The notes under the pieces were generated by a model. That model was given only the letters and a program-made list of their open reading frames with translations, made no database searches and was not told the origin of the DNA. DNA of 64,000 bases from the NCBI GenBank assembly GCA_045105295.1, contig JBGCDK010000105.1, positions 3,445-67,444 of the forward strand. The letters run 5' to 3'. This DNA is from Mariniblastus sp. (GTDB lineage Bacteria > Planctomycetota > Planctomycetia > Pirellulales > Pirellulaceae). The position numbers and the translations under genes were made by a program. This document shows positions 19,107-28,637 of this stretch, piece after piece (within the stretch, counting starts at the first letter, position 1; every line of letters starts with the position of its first letter).

Positions 19107-21182
19107 ATGGGCAATGAAAGCAAACGACAAGCGCCAAATATCGCCTATCTCGTTATCCGAGACGGAAAGAAATGGTCAGACGTTTTTAGGTTGATGCCCG
19201 GTAGAACCGTCACAATCGGACGTTCCCCGACCAACCAGATCGTGATCAAAGAGGATCAGGCCAGCCGCCAACACTCTGAGATTTTCATGTCAGATGGCGA
19301 CTGGACCGTCCGTGACCTTGGCAGCCGCAATGGAACGGCCGTTGGTACCGAGCGAGTCAGCGGCGATTGGAAACTAAAGCCCGGTGACATTATCTGGATC
19401 GCCAGCACCCAAATGGCGTTTGTCACCGATCTTTCCTCAGCCTACAACCGAAAAGTTTTCTCTCGAGTCGAGATCGGATCCGAAACCGTTACGGGACTTG
19501 AGATCGACGACGAGTCCGACGAGCAACCTACCCTTGGCGAGCTTAAACTCACCGAGCCAACTCAAATTACACACCGTCGACAGAAGACTCGCTTTCTTCA
19601 GCCTGAAGACGAAGACGATCTCGAGGAAGAGTCCGACCCGTTGGAAGAACAGTCGGGCCCATCGCACGATGCAACGCGGCTTTGTCGACTCGCGTTTGAT
19701 CTTGCGAACGAGACCACTTCAAGAGCGATCGCTCAAATGGCGTTGGATTGTTTGGGGGACGTCACAAAAATCGACGCTGGTGCCGTGCTGATGATTCCAA
19801 AGAATCGACGCACCACCGTCGATCCTGAAAAACTGGATATCCTTGCTTGGAGAAGTGATCAACTTCCCGAGTACCAACGAGTTTCAAAATTTCTTGCAGA
19901 GACCGTCCTGCGCAGCGGCGAGGCTGTCCTAGCCCGTGATGTTCAGGACGACAGTTCACTTGGATTTCGAGACTCAGCGGGGCGGATTCATGCGACCAGC
20001 GTTATCGCGGCTCCGATTCGTATGAATAATCGAACCGTTGGTTTGGTGCACCTCTATTCAACCAATGCCAAAGAAGGTCTCAAACCTAAAGATCTCGAGT
20101 TCACTTTAGCCGTCGCCGAAACAGTCGGCATGGCGCTACGTACTCGCTACCGAGAACAAAAACTGGTGGAGGATCTTTCCAAAACCAAAACTCAAATCGA
20201 CCAATTGCGAAGTCAGTTGGGCGTCGAAAGCGAAATCGTCGGCGCGAGCCCTGCGATTTTCCGAGTTCACGAGCAGGTCGCCAAAGTCGCGCCGACCCCA
20301 GCCACCGTTTTGGTGCGGGGAGAAAGCGGCGTTGGCAAGGAACTAGTCGCGCGTGCCGTTCACTTTATGAGCGATCGAAGAAGTGGACCATTTGTCTGCC
20401 TCAACTGTGCCGCACTGACGGAATCGCTGCTAGAGAGCGAGCTTTTTGGGCACGAAAAAGGCGCGTTCACTGGAGCCACCGATCGAAAGATGGGAAAGTT
20501 TGAAGCGTCCGACAAAGGCACATTGATGTTGGACGAAATCGGGGAAATGAGCCCAAGCATTCAAGCGAAATTTCTCCGCGTCCTCGAAGGCCATCCTTTC
20601 GAACGCGTTGGCGGATCCAAAGCGATCAAGGTCGATGTCCGTGTGATCGCTGCGACCAACCGAGACCTCGAAGACGATGTACGCAAAGGCAAATTTCGAA
20701 AGGATCTCTTTTTTCGTTTGCATGTCGTTCGCATCGATGTGCCGCCGCTTCGACAGAGAGTCGAAGACATTCCAGAGTTGGCAGAGTATTTCCTTCAAAA
20801 ATACAAAGCCGAAACCGGGCGACGCATCACGGGGTTCTCACCCCAAGCCGAGCATCAGTTGAAACGCTACCGTTGGCCTGGAAATGTTCGCGAACTGAAA
20901 AACGTAGTCGAGCGTGCGGTCGTGTTGGCTCGCGGAGACGTGATTCAACTGGACGAGTTGATCCTTACCAATCTTTCAACCGCCAGCGAATCGCGGTTCG
21001 ACATGGGCACGATCGTTCAGGAATACCAACCGCAGTCATTAGAAGCGGTCGAGCAATTTCACATCGAAGCTACGTTGCGTTACACGGTTTGGAACAAAAG
21101 TAAAGCCGCACAAATACTAGGTGTAGAACGATCGACTCTTGATCGCAAAATCAAAAAGTACGGGATCCGGAAAACTATCTAG
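19107..21182 (+). CDS. Sigma-54-dependent activator, FHA-GAF-AAA+-Fis HTH
   Basis: FHA IGRS...ASRQH...DLGSRNGT; GAF; [18 protein letters not shown]; [22 protein letters not shown]. Confidence 0.93.
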   Translation: MGNESKRQAPNIAYLVIRDGKKWSDVFRLMPGRTVTIGRSPTNQIVIKEDQASRQHSEIFMSDGDWTVRDLGSRNGTAVGTERVSGDWKLKPGDIIWIASTQMAFVTDLSSAYNRKVFSRVEIGSETVTGLEIDDESDEQPTLGELKLTEPTQITHRRQKTRFLQPEDEDDLEEESDPLEEQSGPSHDATRLCRLAFDLANETTSRAIAQMALDCLGDVTKIDAGAVLMIPKNRRTTVDPEKLDILAWRSDQLPEYQRVSKFLAETVLRSGEAVLARDVQDDSSLGFRDSAGRIHATSVIAAPIRMNNRTVGLVHLYSTNAKEGLKPKDLEFTLAVAETVGMALRTRYREQKLVEDLSKTKTQIDQLRSQLGVESEIVGASPAIFRVHEQVAKVAPTPATVLVRGESGVGKELVARAVHFMSDRRSGPFVCLNCAALTESLLESELFGHEKGAFTGATDRKMGKFEASDKGTLMLDEIGEMSPSIQAKFLRVLEGHPFERVGGSKAIKVDVRVIAATNRDLEDDVRKGKFRKDLFFRLHVVRIDVPPLRQRVEDIPELAEYFLQKYKAETGRRITGFSPQAEHQLKRYRWPGNVRELKNVVERAVVLARGDVIQLDELILTNLSTASESRFDMGTIVQEYQPQSLEAVEQFHIEATLRYTVWNKSKAAQILGVERSTLDRKIKKYGIRKTI

Positions 21183-21300
21183 GGCAAGTCTGAAAGGAGT
21201 GTCCAACCTCCGGACTTGTTGTCGGGCACGAGCATCCCGCTGGAACATGTTTTGTCAGGCAGTCAGGGATGTGCAGTAGAAACGATGCCGAGGCAGAATC

Positions 21301-21408
21301 AAACCAGACCGAAGGAGGCGGGACGGCAAGGTAGAAACCAGATCGAAAGAGTAGGGTCGCATGGTAAAAACCAGATCGAATGAAGAGGGTCGGCAAGGTA
21401 AAACCAAA
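21301..21408. repeat. Imperfect 33-34 bp tandem repeat, about 3 units
   Basis: AAACCAGACCGAAGGAGGCGGGACGGCAAGGTAG / AAACCAGATCGAAAGAGTAGGGTCGCATGGTAA / AAACCAGATCGAATGAAGAGGGTCGGCAAGGTAA. Confidence 0.75.
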
Positions 21409-21428
21409 CACCAAACCGAGCGGGCATC

Positions 21429-21452
21429 GTAGGACGGACATTCCTGTCCGTC
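21429..21452 (+). repeat. GTAG-tagged REP-like palindrome
   Basis: GTAG-GACGGACA-TTCC-TGTCCGTC perfect 8-bp arms in an intergenic region between convergent genes. Confidence 0.7.
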
Positions 21453-21484
21453 GCCCCTTCAACGCCCCCAAGACTGCCACCTAA

Positions 21485-22303
21485 CTATGGTTCGTCAAGC
21501 AATTTCAAATGCACCAACAGCTGCGTTTCTGAATCAGGGATCTCTCTCGCAATTTCAGGAGTAAACGCATCGGCGGTTCCATCGGCTCTCAACTGTGCCA
21601 AGTGTCGCTGGATAATGCTTCGCGTTTGTGGATCGCCGGTCAAAAGAAAATGAACCCACAACCACGACTCCGCATAGTCTGTCTGAGTCATTTCGCTGGG
21701 AGACTTAAGCGACTCAAGTCTCAGCATGTTTGGTTTCCATTTGCCTTGTTCCAACGCATTGGACAAATGATAGATGTGTGCACCATTGGCACCGCCGCGT
21801 CCTCGCGGAACTTCGAAATACTCAGCGATCCCCTCGTCCAACCAAAGCGGAATGTTGGGCACAACGCTATGAAGGTAACCATGCGTTACCTCGTGTCTTA
21901 GATCTTCGCCAATCCGGGTTCCCCAATACGCAAAAACATTGAGGCTCGTATCGTTCTTGACAAAGAACGCGCGCCGATTGGGAAACTGCGGGTGATTGTT
22001 CGTCATGTACTCGCGGTAACGCTCTTCGTCTTCGAACAAATAAACGTTGATTGGTTCGTCCGAGGTTGGGACGTCCAACAGGTTTGAAATGTCATCGCGG
22101 CGAGACGCAAGCTCGCTGAGCAAACGGTGATCTTTTGGCATGTGGAAATCAGAGTGGACGACCAACTGTTCGCGAACCGTCTGCAATCCGCTTGGTAGAC
22201 CACCCCGTCCACCGGTTGCCGCGCAGCCTAAGCATAGACCCAACAAAAGGGGCACACCGCTCAATAAAGAGAACGTGGATTTCGAGTTGAACGGCAGTGC
22301 CAA
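21485..22303 (-). CDS. DUF1570 domain protein, putative zinc metallopeptidase-like lipoprotein
   Basis: CLGC lipobox-like; HEVTH (HExxH) and WLDEGIAEYF. Confidence 0.8.
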   Translation of the reverse strand: MALPFNSKSTFSLLSGVPLLLGLCLGCAATGGRGGLPSGLQTVREQLVVHSDFHMPKDHRLLSELASRRDDISNLLDVPTSDEPINVYLFEDEERYREYMTNNHPQFPNRRAFFVKNDTSLNVFAYWGTRIGEDLRHEVTHGYLHSVVPNIPLWLDEGIAEYFEVPRGRGGANGAHIYHLSNALEQGKWKPNMLRLESLKSPSEMTQTDYAESWLWVHFLLTGDPQTRSIIQRHLAQLRADGTADAFTPEIAREIPDSETQLLVHLKLLDEP

Positions 22304-22524
22304 AAAATGACGTCCCGAAAATATGATTGTTATCTCTCAACTCAGCCAGCCACAAAATGTTGACAGGGGGTACAGAGCAGAGCTGAACGTAAAACCGAAT
22401 TGATTGAAGGTTGGATAGGCTTCTAGGTTGTCTTTTTCAATCAGGCTTAAAAAAAAATTGCTTTTCAAACGTTGTAATTCCAAGCCAGTTTTTTCGGGCT
22501 TGTTCGTCCCAGCCTGAGTTCATT

Positions 22525-22547
22525 GACAGGCAGGATGCCTATACCAC
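22525..22547 (-). repeat. GTGG-tagged REP-like palindrome
   Basis: Minus strand GTGG-TATAGGCA-TCC-TGCCTGTC; intergenic. Confidence 0.55.
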
Positions 22548-22895
22548 CCCCGTTCGAAAAGTTGTCGTCTTTCCAAAACTCGCTTGTTCAATGTTGGGCG
22601 GAAGGTACCAAAACATAGCAGCTGGCCAAATGTCAAAACGTTTCTTGCTGATTGGCCAGGTGGTTCATTGAAAAAAGGCTCTGAGCTGGCGGCATCCTTT
22701 GATTGAGTTATCAAAAAACTAAAACACAACATTGTTGTGTTTGCAAAAGCTTGCTAGCGACGTTTGGAGCAGTCTGAGAGTCAGCAAAATACATCACTGG
22801 ACGGCGGTACCAAGTTTTGACAGACTTCTGCGAAATTTAATTTTCGGAATATTCCGATATTGGGCTAACAGAGTCTGTTTTGACGGAACAAAAAG

Positions 22896-23549
22896 ATGAA
22901 GCTTGTCATTAACTACATTTTAGTTTTCGCGATCTCGATAACTTTCGCTTCTTGCGAATTGAATGCTCAGGATTTTGGAATATTTTCTGGTGGCGGAATT
23001 CCTTCGAAATACGCACAAAAAACAGACGTTCCCAAAAAGCCGCTGATTCGTTGGCCAAAAATGACGGATTTTACGAGAGAGTACCAAGCTCCCAAAGAGC
23101 CACTTATTCGATGGCCAAAAATGACGGACTTTACAAAAGACGATTCAACCGAGCAAACGGCTCGCCCATTCTCAAGTCTCTTTAAAAAACCAAGCTTCGA
23201 ATTCTTAAAAAGAAAACCAAACTTGTTTGGTGGCGACTCAGGTGAAGGAGCGGTTCGACCGTTTGCGGGATTGGCTGATCTGATGCCTAAACGAGATCCC
23301 AACAAGCCAAGTTTCTTCGCTCAAATGAACGCGAAATCAAAAAGCTTGATGGATAGAACGACGGGCAAGATCGCAAGTTGGGGTAAAAAAGCCGAGGAGC
23401 CACAGGCAAAAGCATTCGGTACATGGGATGCAGTGACTCGCGACATGCGATCAATCCAAGCCAAGCAAAATGGTATCCAGCCTACGGTACCGGCACAGCC
23501 GAATATCCGTACCGCAGACGCAGTTGAAAAACCTCGTGTTCGGTTTTAA
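22896..23549 (+). CDS. Secreted hypothetical protein with 20-aa tandem repeat
   Basis: Signal peptide ending LNA-Q; PKKPLIRWPKMTDFT and PKEPLIRWPKMTDFT. Confidence 0.7.
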   Translation: MKLVINYILVFAISITFASCELNAQDFGIFSGGGIPSKYAQKTDVPKKPLIRWPKMTDFTREYQAPKEPLIRWPKMTDFTKDDSTEQTARPFSSLFKKPSFEFLKRKPNLFGGDSGEGAVRPFAGLADLMPKRDPNKPSFFAQMNAKSKSLMDRTTGKIASWGKKAEEPQAKAFGTWDAVTRDMRSIQAKQNGIQPTVPAQPNIRTADAVEKPRVRF

Positions 23550-23601
23550 GCAGATCGTGAGAGGTAAATGAAATCTAGGCGAAGTTTGCCGGCAAAAATG
23601 A

Positions 23602-25764
23602 TCAGAGTCCCATTTCTTTGATCAAGTGTTTGGCCCCATAAACCTTGTCCGTGATCCAAAGTACGTAACGAATGTCTACACCGATTGAGCGGCTGTAGTT
23701 TGTGTTCCAAGCGAAATCGTTGATGGTGGCTTCAAACGCGCGGTCGAAATTGACTCCAACCAATCGCCCGTTGCCGTCAAGAATTGGACTTCCCGAGTTG
23801 CCACCAGTGGTGTCCGTGTCGTAAAGAATTGCGATTGGAATGTCCTTTAATTTTGGATGAGCGTAATCACCAAAGTCCTTACTCTCATGCATGTCGATGA
23901 TCGCTTGAGGAGTCACAAACGGAGCGACGCCGGTCGTTTTGGCAATCACACCGGTCAACGTGGTCGCAGGTGATTTGTAAACGGCGTCTTCTGGCGAATA
24001 GCCTCTCACGGTTCCAAACGTCATGCGAAGTGTCGCGTTTGCGTCAGGGACGAATTGAGTTTTAAGGAACTGTTGTTTCACTGAGATGAGTTCGCCATAA
24101 AGCTTGCCAAGCTCACCCTCGCGTTGTTTACCAAGGTTACGAAGTCGCAAATACTCTGGGTGCAACCGAATCGACCATTGGAGAAAAGTGTCGTCGATCT
24201 GTTCAAGTTCGTGGGGTGTCTTCGAAAAACACTCTTTGAGAAACGATTCGTCGTTTAACTTGCTGCCAGCGTATAAATCATCAAGCGAAAGTCCGTTGGT
24301 TTCTGGGATCGCTTGTTTAGCTGACTCGAATTGCTTGAACAGATTACCAAGCATGATTTTATCTGTCGCTAAATCAAGATCCTTGCGAGCAAGCATTGTT
24401 CGTTGAATTGTTTGATCGAAATTCCGATCCATATACGCTGGCTCGCGATCGAGATCATCCTCTTGCCGTTCAACCGCTGCATCGTAAAGAGTGAACGCAA
24501 AACGCAGCATTTGGCTGGTGAGGCGTAGGTTTTGAAAGTTCGCTTCTTGAACGGCGGTTTCGGCTCGCAACGCATATGCTGCGTCAATGCTTGGAAGTAC
24601 ATTGCCAAATCGTTTTTTCAACTCAGGATCGGAATCTATAAATTGTTGAAGTTTGACCTCTTCCGATTTCCGCGTTGAAACAATCTTGGCACGCTTGAGC
24701 CCTTTTAACTGGCCTCTCGATCGTTTTTCTGTGTTCGCAAGACTTCGAATTCGAGACAGCAGCTTCAATGCGACGGCTCTGTCTTTTTCACCGGCTGCCT
24801 GCATCGTGGCGATCTGTCGGCCATATAGATTGACGATGTAAGGCAATCGGATATTCTCTTCGTAGCTCAGAAAACTGGCCGTTTTGTGACGAGCCGTTCG
24901 GCCGGGATAGCCAAGCAACATGACGTAGTCCGATTCGTTTGCACCTTGGGGAGCGACTTGGATGAAACGTTTCGGTTTGTAAGGAACATTTTCAGCCGCG
25001 TAATCAGACGTCGATCCATCGGGAGCAACGTAGGCTCGCATGAAAGAAAAATCTCCCGTGTGCCGCGGCCATTCCCAGTTGTCGACATCGCCACCGAAAT
25101 TTCCAACTGAGGAAGGAGGTGCGAAAACAAGTCGAACGTCTTTGATGTAGGTGTAGAGAAATAAAACGTAAGTCTTGCCGGCAAACATTTCAGCGACTTC
25201 GGCACGAATGCCTGGGGTTTTTGCTTCGGCTGCTTTCTCAAGTTCTTTTCGCTTCCGATCGATGGCTTTGGTACGGGCAACAAAACTCATACCATCTGCG
25301 ACGACGGAAAGGACTTGATCGGAGACGTCAGAAAATGATTCCGTGACTCGAACCGTGTAACCGGTCGCGGGAATTTCTTCACCAAGTGTTTTGGCTTGGA
25401 ATCCATCGGCCAGATAGTCGTGATCGGTCGAGCTTGCCGATTGGATCGCGCGATAGGCACAGTGATGGTTGGTGATGATGAGGCCAGTTGGCGAAACGAA
25501 AGAGCCCGTGCAACCGTTGACGCGACAGATGCCGTCAATCAAGCAAGTCTTGTTGGGATTGAAGATGTCTTCTGGGGCCATTTTTAGTCCCTTGGCATTC
25601 AAATCGAGCTTGCCAATTTCGCTGACGGGATACATGCCTTCATCAGCAACGCCGTTAGTAGTCGCAATGCAATTGATGAAAAAGATCATTGCAGCAACAA
25701 GGGCACCAATGAAATATGTGCGTGAATTTACTGATTGCCGAAACATGTTCATGATGTATCTCAT
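23602..25764 (-). CDS. S46 family dipeptidyl peptidase
   Basis: ADEGM, TNHHC, NWEWPRHTGDFS, PDANATLR, TTGGNSGSP, FDR. Confidence 0.95.
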   Translation of the reverse strand: MRYIMNMFRQSVNSRTYFIGALVAAMIFFINCIATTNGVADEGMYPVSEIGKLDLNAKGLKMAPEDIFNPNKTCLIDGICRVNGCTGSFVSPTGLIITNHHCAYRAIQSASSTDHDYLADGFQAKTLGEEIPATGYTVRVTESFSDVSDQVLSVVADGMSFVARTKAIDRKRKELEKAAEAKTPGIRAEVAEMFAGKTYVLFLYTYIKDVRLVFAPPSSVGNFGGDVDNWEWPRHTGDFSFMRAYVAPDGSTSDYAAENVPYKPKRFIQVAPQGANESDYVMLLGYPGRTARHKTASFLSYEENIRLPYIVNLYGRQIATMQAAGEKDRAVALKLLSRIRSLANTEKRSRGQLKGLKRAKIVSTRKSEEVKLQQFIDSDPELKKRFGNVLPSIDAAYALRAETAVQEANFQNLRLTSQMLRFAFTLYDAAVERQEDDLDREPAYMDRNFDQTIQRTMLARKDLDLATDKIMLGNLFKQFESAKQAIPETNGLSLDDLYAGSKLNDESFLKECFSKTPHELEQIDDTFLQWSIRLHPEYLRLRNLGKQREGELGKLYGELISVKQQFLKTQFVPDANATLRMTFGTVRGYSPEDAVYKSPATTLTGVIAKTTGVAPFVTPQAIIDMHESKDFGDYAHPKLKDIPIAILYDTDTTGGNSGSPILDGNGRLVGVNFDRAFEATINDFAWNTNYSRSIGVDIRYVLWITDKVYGAKHLIKEMGL

Positions 25765-25889
25765 TTGGACGGGATATAGTTGACCGTTTTGCTTGATGAT
25801 TGCCTGCCTCGATCTTTATATCAAGCTGCGGGTAAAATATAATCCCGTGATCAAGAAATTTTGGTACACCAAATAGCCAAAGACAAACC

Positions 25890-25947
25890 GGTTCAGTAAA
25901 GCCAACGGTTCAATAAAGTCACGGGGCCAGTAAAGCCAAGGGTTTAA
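25890..25947. repeat. Three 17-bp direct repeats plus a partial copy in a divergent promoter region
   Basis: GGTTCAGTAAAGCCAAC / GGTTCAATAAAGTCACG / GGGCCAGTAAAGCCAAG / GGTTTAA. Confidence 0.7.
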
Positions 25948-25992
25948 CCCATGCAGCCCCACCTTAGCCATTCGAAAGTTTTGGAAATTCAA

Positions 25993-28179
25993 ATGAAATC
26001 TGCGACCATCTCTCTATTACTGTGGGCAGCTTTGTTTTCAGTAGTTAGCTGCCACGCCAAGCAAGCCACTGAAAAGGTGCAGGACACAAAACAAGATCAG
26101 GCTAAATCCAGTGAGGCAGGGGGCGATTTTGTCGGAATCGAACGGGCCTTTTCTCGCTTGCGATTTGATCGCCCTGTTTATTTGACGAATGCTGGAGACG
26201 GCAGTGATCGAATTTTTGTCGTTGAACAAGCCGGTGTCGTTCGGTGGTTCAACAAAAATGATGAGAACCCAACAAGCCAGATTTTTCTCGATTTGACCGA
26301 CCGCGTCAGTCGAAGCAGTAATGAAGAGGGCTTGATCGGATTCGCGTTCCATCCCGATTTCAAGAACAACGGTTTCGTCTATTGTCACTGGTCATCCGAA
26401 CGTGATCGCCCTGAAAAGACGGAAGGGCAAAAACGTCCGGTCGCTCCCAATATCGTCGCACGATACAAGATCTCTGATGACCCAAATGTTTGTGACGCGG
26501 ATTCGGAAAAAGTGATCATGAAAATTGCTCAACCGTACCCAAACCACAACGGCGGCGCAATGGCGTTTGGCAAAGATGGCTATTTGTATCTCTCACTAGG
26601 TGACGGTGGTTTCCGGAACGATCCTCTAGGTAACGGTCAGAATCTCAGCACGTTGCTGGGAGCGATTTTGCGAATTGATATCGATTCAGAATCCGACGGA
26701 AAATCGTACGCCATTCCCAAAGACAATCCGTTCATTGATACACCAGACGCAAGGCCGGAAATTTTTGCATTGGGACTAAGAAACGTTTGGCGTTTTTCGT
26801 TTGATCGCAAAACGGGCGATCTATGGGCTGCCGACGTTGGGCAAGAGTTGATCGAAGAAGTCAACATTATCGAAAAGGGTGGCAACTACGGCTGGAAGCG
26901 ATTCGAAGCCAACAAAGACTTCGCAACCGACGTTGAGCTTGCAATTCAGCAGCACGACAAGCCCGTCGCATTCTACGGACACGAGTGGGGCGGTTCGATC
27001 ACAGGTGGCAACGTTTACCGTGGTGAAAAGTATCCGGAGTTGGACGGGTCTTATTTCTTCGGCGACTACATGACAGGAAATCTCTGGCGGACTCGCAAGG
27101 ATGCCAAGGGAAAGTATCAAACGGAACTGATTCGAAGAACCGGACGCAGCATCGCTTCGTTTGGAGAAGACGAACAAGGCGAAGTCTATCTGCTTAGTTT
27201 TGATGGCGGTATTTATCAGATCGTTCCAGCCGAGAAACCAGAAGAGACTTTCAAGAACTGGCCAAAGAAACTTTCTGAGACAGGATTGTTCGCATCGATA
27301 CCAGACAAGAAAGTCGCCGATCATTTGATCGCATACGAAGTCAACGCACCGTTTTGGTCTGATGAAGCTGAAAAGTCTCGCTACTTTGTTTTGCCAGAAG
27401 GAAAGTCACTTGGTTACCGCGCGGAAGGAAGTTGGGAAGTTCCCGTTGGAACGACGATCGTCAAGAACTTCAAAAAGGGCAAGGGCCGATGGTTGCGTAT
27501 GCTGGAAACTCGTTTGATCAAACGGACTGACCAAGGTTGGGAATCGGCGACCTATGTTTGGGATAAGAAAAACAAAGACGCGGAATTATTCGTCGAAGGG
27601 AAGCAATTTGAGATTTGGGAAAAACAAGTCAAGTCTTGGCACGCTCCGTCGGCATCAGAATGTGCAAGCTGCCACGTCGATGCAGCAGGATACGTTCTCG
27701 GCCTCAATACGGCTCAGCTTAATCGAGATGGTTCAGGCAGCGGAGTAAATCAAATTTCTGAGTGGGCAAAAAATGGTTATGTCAGTTTGCCTGATTCACT
27801 TTCGAAAGATCTGGATGTTTCAAAGCTTCCGAAGTATTGCAATCCGTTTGATAAGTCAGCAGATTTAGAGACTCGAGCCCGTGTTTATCTTGATGTTAAC
27901 TGTGCAATGTGTCATCAACCCAAGGGGCCAGGCAATGCAAATATTGATTTGCGATTCGCAACATCGCTTGAAGGCACTAAGTCAATCAATGCGAATCCAG
28001 GGCAAGGTGATTTGGGAATCGCTGACGCTAAATTGATTGCGCCGGGTAAACCGGAAAGTTCCTTGATGGTTCAGCGGATTAAAACATTGAACGAAGGACG
28101 GATGCCGAGTATTGGAAGCAACTTGGTTGACGAGAAAGCTGTTGAGTTGTTGAGTGAGTGGATAAAAGGAATGAATTGA
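25993..28179 (+). CDS. PQQ-dependent sugar dehydrogenase (GSDH) fused to C-terminal diheme cytochrome c domain
   Basis: NHNGG...FGKDGYLY.SLGDGG, GLRNVWRFSFD, ADVGQ..EE; CASCH and CAMCH; VVSC lipobox-like; start at MKSATI chosen. Confidence 0.88.
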   Translation: MKSATISLLLWAALFSVVSCHAKQATEKVQDTKQDQAKSSEAGGDFVGIERAFSRLRFDRPVYLTNAGDGSDRIFVVEQAGVVRWFNKNDENPTSQIFLDLTDRVSRSSNEEGLIGFAFHPDFKNNGFVYCHWSSERDRPEKTEGQKRPVAPNIVARYKISDDPNVCDADSEKVIMKIAQPYPNHNGGAMAFGKDGYLYLSLGDGGFRNDPLGNGQNLSTLLGAILRIDIDSESDGKSYAIPKDNPFIDTPDARPEIFALGLRNVWRFSFDRKTGDLWAADVGQELIEEVNIIEKGGNYGWKRFEANKDFATDVELAIQQHDKPVAFYGHEWGGSITGGNVYRGEKYPELDGSYFFGDYMTGNLWRTRKDAKGKYQTELIRRTGRSIASFGEDEQGEVYLLSFDGGIYQIVPAEKPEETFKNWPKKLSETGLFASIPDKKVADHLIAYEVNAPFWSDEAEKSRYFVLPEGKSLGYRAEGSWEVPVGTTIVKNFKKGKGRWLRMLETRLIKRTDQGWESATYVWDKKNKDAELFVEGKQFEIWEKQVKSWHAPSASECASCHVDAAGYVLGLNTAQLNRDGSGSGVNQISEWAKNGYVSLPDSLSKDLDVSKLPKYCNPFDKSADLETRARVYLDVNCAMCHQPKGPGNANIDLRFATSLEGTKSINANPGQGDLGIADAKLIAPGKPESSLMVQRIKTLNEGRMPSIGSNLVDEKAVELLSEWIKGMN

Positions 28180-28637
28180 TTCCTTTTATGTGTTTGGGAG
28201 GGCGCGAAGCGGTTGAGCGCAGTGCAAGGGCTGATGTGCGTTTCCATTTGCGTGCTGGAAGCAGCGCGGTCCAGCGCGGTCAGCGCGTTACTTGCTGGTA
28301 ATAGAGCGTCCAACACTCAACGACCAATACAATGGCGGACAACTGTGCATGCCACAAAACGTCCGCCATTAGATTTTGGCGACGAGAACCACGCCAAAAT
28401 TAGGGTTGGCCGACTTTAGAAAATTTTCTTGAGATATTCAGACCCGCGCCAATGGTCTGACTATCGCCGATTGAACAGACATTTCCACAAAAATGCTTGA
28501 TGATCGTCGCACCTCGCCAAAGATCAGCAATAGTTCGGAGAGACTATTCCAATGGAAATGGAACTCGCCTTAAATTTGTTGTCGCTCTAACCAGGGGTGA
28601 TGAGCCAAGTGATCGTTCAGTCAAGGCCTAACTAAAG

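Noticed and set aside
21301-21408. Repeats as a mini CRISPR array
   Set aside because: Units are contiguous and degenerate with no spacer-length unique segments, and no cas genes are in the window
21175-21480. 101-aa minus-strand ORF
   Set aside because: It spans the REP and tandem repeats and overlaps the end of the activator antisense; probably spurious
28262-28288. CAGCGCGGT repeated three times downstream of the PQQ dehydrogenase
   Set aside because: Very short and irregularly spaced, with no supporting context; could be chance slippage
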